Assembly: GCA_032718475.1 (NCBI GenBank)
Contig: JAUCBJ010006792.1
Location: 1-64,000, forward strand
DNA length: 64,000 nt
Source: Nemertoderma westbladi
Lineage: Eukaryota > Animalia > Xenacoelomorpha
Direction of reading: 5' to 3'
Numbering within the stretch: position 1 is the first letter of the stretch; each line of letters begins with the position of its first letter. The notes beneath the pieces are model-generated. The model saw only the letters and a list, made by a program, of their open reading frames with translations, was not told the origin of the DNA and did not search any database. Made by a program: the position numbers and the translations under genes. This document shows, in pieces, positions 63,101-64,000 of the stretch.

Positions 63101-64000
63101 GCAATTCTTACAGTAATGAACCTCTCGGTTCCTAACTAGTGACGGGCCTAGCGGCCCGATAAGGAACCGACTTTTTATTTTAAATAAAAGAGACAACGAG
63201 AATTAGTATAGAACTAATAATTATGTAAAAATACAATCATATTTCATACAATAATTATTAATAAATTCGATCTATTATTAGTTGCTCAATTCTAGAACAA
63301 AATCGACCTGCAACTAGTGAAGACCTCGTTTTGGAATTTCGAAACCACGCTGGTGCGATGCGCGATATCGTGTTTAGTTAATAAAGTGAAAAACTCCATC
63401 AATTCATGTGCAACCAGTAATAAGAAATCGCGATAAATGTAATTTGAATAAAAATCATTCTAGAAAAATTTTCCTCAAAAAGTATGAAGTCTTGGCATTG
63501 GTGACGCGAAACTAGGCCAGTGAGATTCAGGATATTGCGTTTAATATAAAAATCAAAAACGCTATCGAATTCCGTAAAGGCGTTGATAAAATACTGCAAC
63601 TTTTTTGAAATTTGTAAAATTCTAGAACTAGAAAAAATTAATTTTTGAATGGCGCTGTTTGGGGTTTCGAAACATGGATAGGCTGAAAGAGGACATCGAA
63701 TTAAGTTGAAAAATGAAAACCCCATCGAATTTGGACAAAGCGTTCCGGAGTTATAGCGAATCGAAAAAAATTTACCCCCCCCCAGTCGCCAAAAATTTAC
63801 AGTAATTAAAAATTTTCCAAAAAAATTTTTTTGCGTTATTTTTGATGGCGAATCGATTGGCAGTACTGGCTAAGAAAATTTTTTTTTTGAAATTTTTGGT
63901 CAGAAAAAAAACATGGAAAAAGTATATTTTTAAAAGATTGGATGTCTTTGCCTCTGGTCAGAGAATGATCCAACTCTGTAACTTGGCAATCGCTCAGAGT

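Larger units (their letters stand above)
33313..64000 (-). mobile_element. Head-to-tail array of about 20 non-autonomous Helentron (Helitron2)/DINE-1-like elements, monomers ~0.33-2.5 kb (commonly ~1.5 kb)
   Basis: Each monomer (minus strand): 5' subTIR AGGAACCGA, (GACT/GGCT)n microsatellite, conserved core (AAATTTCATCAAAATCG on +), variable interior, 3' subTIR TCGGTTCCT, hairpin CGGGCC-x4-GGCCCG, CTAGT end. TA/ACTAG junctions at ~34092, 35600, 37080, 39189, 40652, 42737, 44475, 44804, 46319, 48105, 48439, 51425, 52920, 55022, 55797, 58923, 60818, 63135. No TSDs. Confidence 0.82.

Noticed and set aside
33851-63725. Recurrent 60-200 aa ORFs (MCRNPLHKPFF..., MATGGGQFFS...)
   Set aside because: Translations of the non-coding repeat monomer, with variable starts and stops, frequent frameshifts and no recognisable domain.

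Overview
Gene-free, AT-rich eukaryotic (invertebrate-like) heterochromatic window made almost entirely of nested mobile DNA. Bases 1-33.3 kb hold three partial copies of one BEL/Pao LTR-retrotransposon family (+, -, +; ~1.2 kb TG..CA LTRs), plus nested CR1/L2-like and RTE LINE fragments and a 43-bp minisatellite that expanded inside a LINE ORF. Bases 33.3-64 kb are a head-to-tail array of non-autonomous Helentron/DINE-1-like elements with (GGCTC)n and other internal repeats and one TTAA-flanked piggyBac-like MITE. The BEL/Pao family has two unusual properties. (1) The env position holds a 1417-aa ORF with a WRN/EXD/Mut-7-like DEDDy 3'-5' exonuclease domain and three CCHC zinc knuckles. (2) There is no tRNA PBS; the 11-12 nt right after the 5' LTR are instead complementary to a site inside the element's own LTR, with a compensatory change between copies, suggesting Tf1-like self-priming. 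All domain calls are by-eye motif recognition; no database search was run.
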